Assembly: GCF_004010195.1 (NCBI RefSeq)
Contig: NC_057719.1
Span: forward strand, 22,714,252-22,749,747
Source: Chiloscyllium plagiosum
Lineage: Eukaryota
Direction of reading: 5' to 3'
Length of the DNA stretch: 35,496 nt
The position numbers and the translations under genes are program-made. Shown here piece by piece: positions 32,678-35,496 of this stretch. Below the pieces are notes generated by a model. That model was not told the DNA's origin, made no database searches, and was given only the letters and a program-made list of their open reading frames with translations. The first letter of the stretch is position 1; each line of letters begins with the position of its first letter.

Positions 32678-35496
32678 TGCCACCTTGAAAGGCTTTGTGT
32701 AATCTGATGTGGTTAATACTGGGTCAGTGGTTAACATAGTTTTTAGGCTGTCAAGCGCATTTTGGCAGTCCACTGAAACTTCTTGCCCTTTTTGAACAAT
32801 TCGGTGAGTGGAGCAGCCATGCTGCTAAAGTTTAGCATAAACTTTCAGTAAAATCCATTCAATTCCAGGAACTGCAGTACTGCTTTTTTCGTCAATGGTG
32901 TGGGGAAATTCGCCAATCACTTTTGTTTTCACATCCCATGGGGCTATTCGTCCACGTCCAATAACATGGCCCAGGAAGGTGACTTGAGCATTTGCAAATT
33001 CACTTTTAGCTAGGTTTACAACCAAGCCTGCCTTCTGAAGTTGATCGAACAAGTCCGATAAATGCTGTAAATGTTCCTTCCACAAGTGACTAAAAATCAC
33101 TAGGTCATCAATGTACACCACACAGTTGGGCAATCCGACAATGACCTTATTAGTCAGTCTCTGAAATGTGGCTGGAGTGTTTTTCATACCAAATGGCATG
33201 ACTTTGAGCTGATATAGTCCAATTGGTGTTACAAAAGCCAAAATTGCCTTTGTTCTCTCTGACAGAGGTACTTGCCAATAGTCTCTGAACAAGTTCAACT
33301 TAGAAATGTAAGTTGCTTGTCATGCTTTCTCAACACAGTCCTCCAACCCTGGAATTGGATATGCGTCTGTCTTTGTAACGGCGTTGACTTTGCAAGAGTC
33401 CACATATAACCGTTGAGTACTATTTGACTTTGGCGCCATGACTACGGTGAGCTCACTGTAACTCGCTTCCACAATTAGGTTAGTACTTCCCAGTTTATTT
33501 GCCCATATCTCCCCATGTGATAATAATAACTCTTTCAGGCCATTTCAATTTTCTTGTGGAAGGTAACTCAATACTTTATCCCAATTTTTGACAACTTCCT
33601 CATTGTCCAGTTTGACTTGAGGAATGTTCAATACAGAATCCTCTGAACTTGGTTCTTCCTTCTGTGCTGTCATCATTAACACATTCTCCTCTTGTTTTCC
33701 TTCCCTATCAAAATACCTTTTGAGCATATTTACAAGACACACTCTGTGAGATTTCTTCCTGTCTGGAGTTCTTATCAAGTAGTTGACCTCACTCAATTTC
33801 CTCTCGGTTTGATAAGGTCCACTCAACCTTGCTTTTAAAGGCTCACCTGTTACTGGAAGTAACAGCAATCCCTTATTTCCAATTGCAAAATTTGTGAATT
33901 TGTGATTTCTTATCCGATTCCTTTCTCATTGTTTGCTGTGAAATTTTTAAATGCTGTCTAGCAACCTCTCCAGCTCTACTTAATCGTTCTCTAAAATTTG
34001 ACACGTAGTCCAAATGGGTAGTTTCTGAATTCTGACTTATTAATTTCTCCTTGATCAATTTTAACAGTCCTCTCATTTCATGTCCAAAAATTAATTCAAA
34101 TCAACTGAATTTGGTTGATTCATTTGGTTCATCTCTGATCGCAAAAAGTACAAATGAAACTCACTTCTCCCAATCATCTGGATAATCCTGACCATAAGCC
34201 CCCAACATGGTCTTTAGTGTTTGATGCCATCTCTCTCATGCTCCCTGTGATTCTGGTTGGTACACAGTACATTTGAGTTGCTTTATTCCAAAGTTATCCA
34301 TAATGTCCTTGAATAGCTTGGATATGAAGTTTGATCCTTGATATGACTGGATCTCTATTGGTAGTCCATATCTAGTAAAAAAAATTGATTAATTCTTCTG
34401 CAACCCTTTCATCTGTGATATTGCATATTGGGATTGCTTCTGGAAATCCAGTCGATACATCCATTATTGTTACAAAATACTTATTCCCACTTTTTGTTTG
34501 AGGTAGGTGACCTATACAATCAATAAAGACTTTTGTGAAAGGTTCCTCAAATGCTGGAATAGGTATTAAAGCTGCAGGTTTTATTACTGCCTATGGTTTT
34601 CTGATTAGCTGACATGTGTGACACATCTGGCGAAATTCAACTACATCCTTGTGTAGTGCAGGCTAGTAAAATGTCCTCACCCCTAAATAACCTCCAAGTG
34701 GTAGCTCATATGCCACTTGCAGCACCTCTGTTCTATACCCTACTGGGAAAGCAATTTGATGAATCTGGCGAAATCAACTACATCCTTGTGTAGTGCAGGC
34801 TAGTAAAATGTCCTCACCCCTAAATAACCTCCAAGTGGTAGCTCATATGCCACTTGCAGCACCTCTGTTCTATACCCTACTGGGAAAGCAATTTGATGAA
34901 CCTCTGCCCATTTCTCATCTGCTTGAATGTGTGATGGCCTCCATTTCCTCATTAAGACATCATTTGTTAAGTAATAAAAACAGAAATGCATTCACTCTCC
35001 TCTTTATATGTCTTTTGATACAACTGTTTAAACTTCTCATCTTTCTACTGTAACTCGATCAGCTCAGCAGAGCTAAAGATACTTACATGTTTACCTATTT
35101 GCTCTTGCTCTGTCCCACATACTTGACCAAAAAAAAGTCTCAGATAAAGCTATGTCAACCTCCTTATCTGTGCCTTTTAATCTGTCCTGCTTCAACTTAT
35201 GCCTCTGTGATCTTGAGATCACACAATCAGGGAAAGAATTCCTGAATAGGCATCATGTCTTCAGATGCCTGCATCCCCACTGACTTGTCAACTAGAGTAG
35301 GCAACACGCCTACTGGTGAATCAGCTGTATCAATTGCAAGGATAAATTGTATTCCTGAAGCTGAGAGTTCGTACAGTACTCCAACCACAAATTCTTCACT
35401 CTTCTCTGGACTCTCTAGCCTCACTTTACATAATTGAGCACTTCTTGTCTCACCATGAATTCCTGTTACCAGTACCTTTTCTGGCAATAGTCCCTC
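32678..35496 (-). mobile_element. Decayed Ty3/gypsy LTR retrotransposon pol, Gmr1-like (protease-integrase-RT-RNase H order)
   Basis: Minus-strand order: protease C-terminus (35227-35487), integrase Zn region (34800-34991), integrase core, GPY motif (33545-33868), RT MPFGMKN..YIDD (32825-33298), RNase H start (PVL..DYTKPFKVAI); many stops and frameshifts. Confidence 0.92.
34625..34899. repeat. Near-perfect ~138-bp tandem duplication
   Basis: 34625-34762 and 34763-34899 differ by a single-base indel. Confidence 0.9.

Noticed and set aside
32519..32773. Novel gypsy-Penelope fusion gene
   Set aside because: Chance in-frame junction between two decayed fragments with no intact domain

Overview
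Repeat-dominated vertebrate genomic DNA from a gapped draft scaffold (N gaps at 1713-2232, 24510-24705, 25823-25984 and about 29911-30195). It is most likely elasmobranch (shark), inferred from HE1-type tRNA SINEs and HER1/CR1-type LINEs recognised from memory, not from a database search. I can support no intact host protein-coding gene. The recognisable ORFs in the track are decayed transposon fragments and the rest look like chance ORFs. Contents: several CR1 LINE subfamilies (some nested), HE1 SINEs, RTE, L2 and Rex/Babar remnants, a pogo/Tigger transposase remnant plus a related non-autonomous end, a Harbinger-like Myb/SANT remnant and a Gmr1-type gypsy element (PR-INT-RT-RH order). The most notable signal is about 13 minimal type-I hammerhead ribozyme motifs (CTGANGA-stem II-GAAA-NNUH) carried by pseudo-LTRs of several Penelope-like element families. 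They occur as ~90-bp solo inserts with 11-bp target duplications, as back-to-back fold-back pairs, and in an inverted-repeat insertion with a 14-bp TSD. Hammerheads in Penelope-like elements are established; the clustering of breakpoints just 5' of the ribozyme core is my own inference from a few copies.
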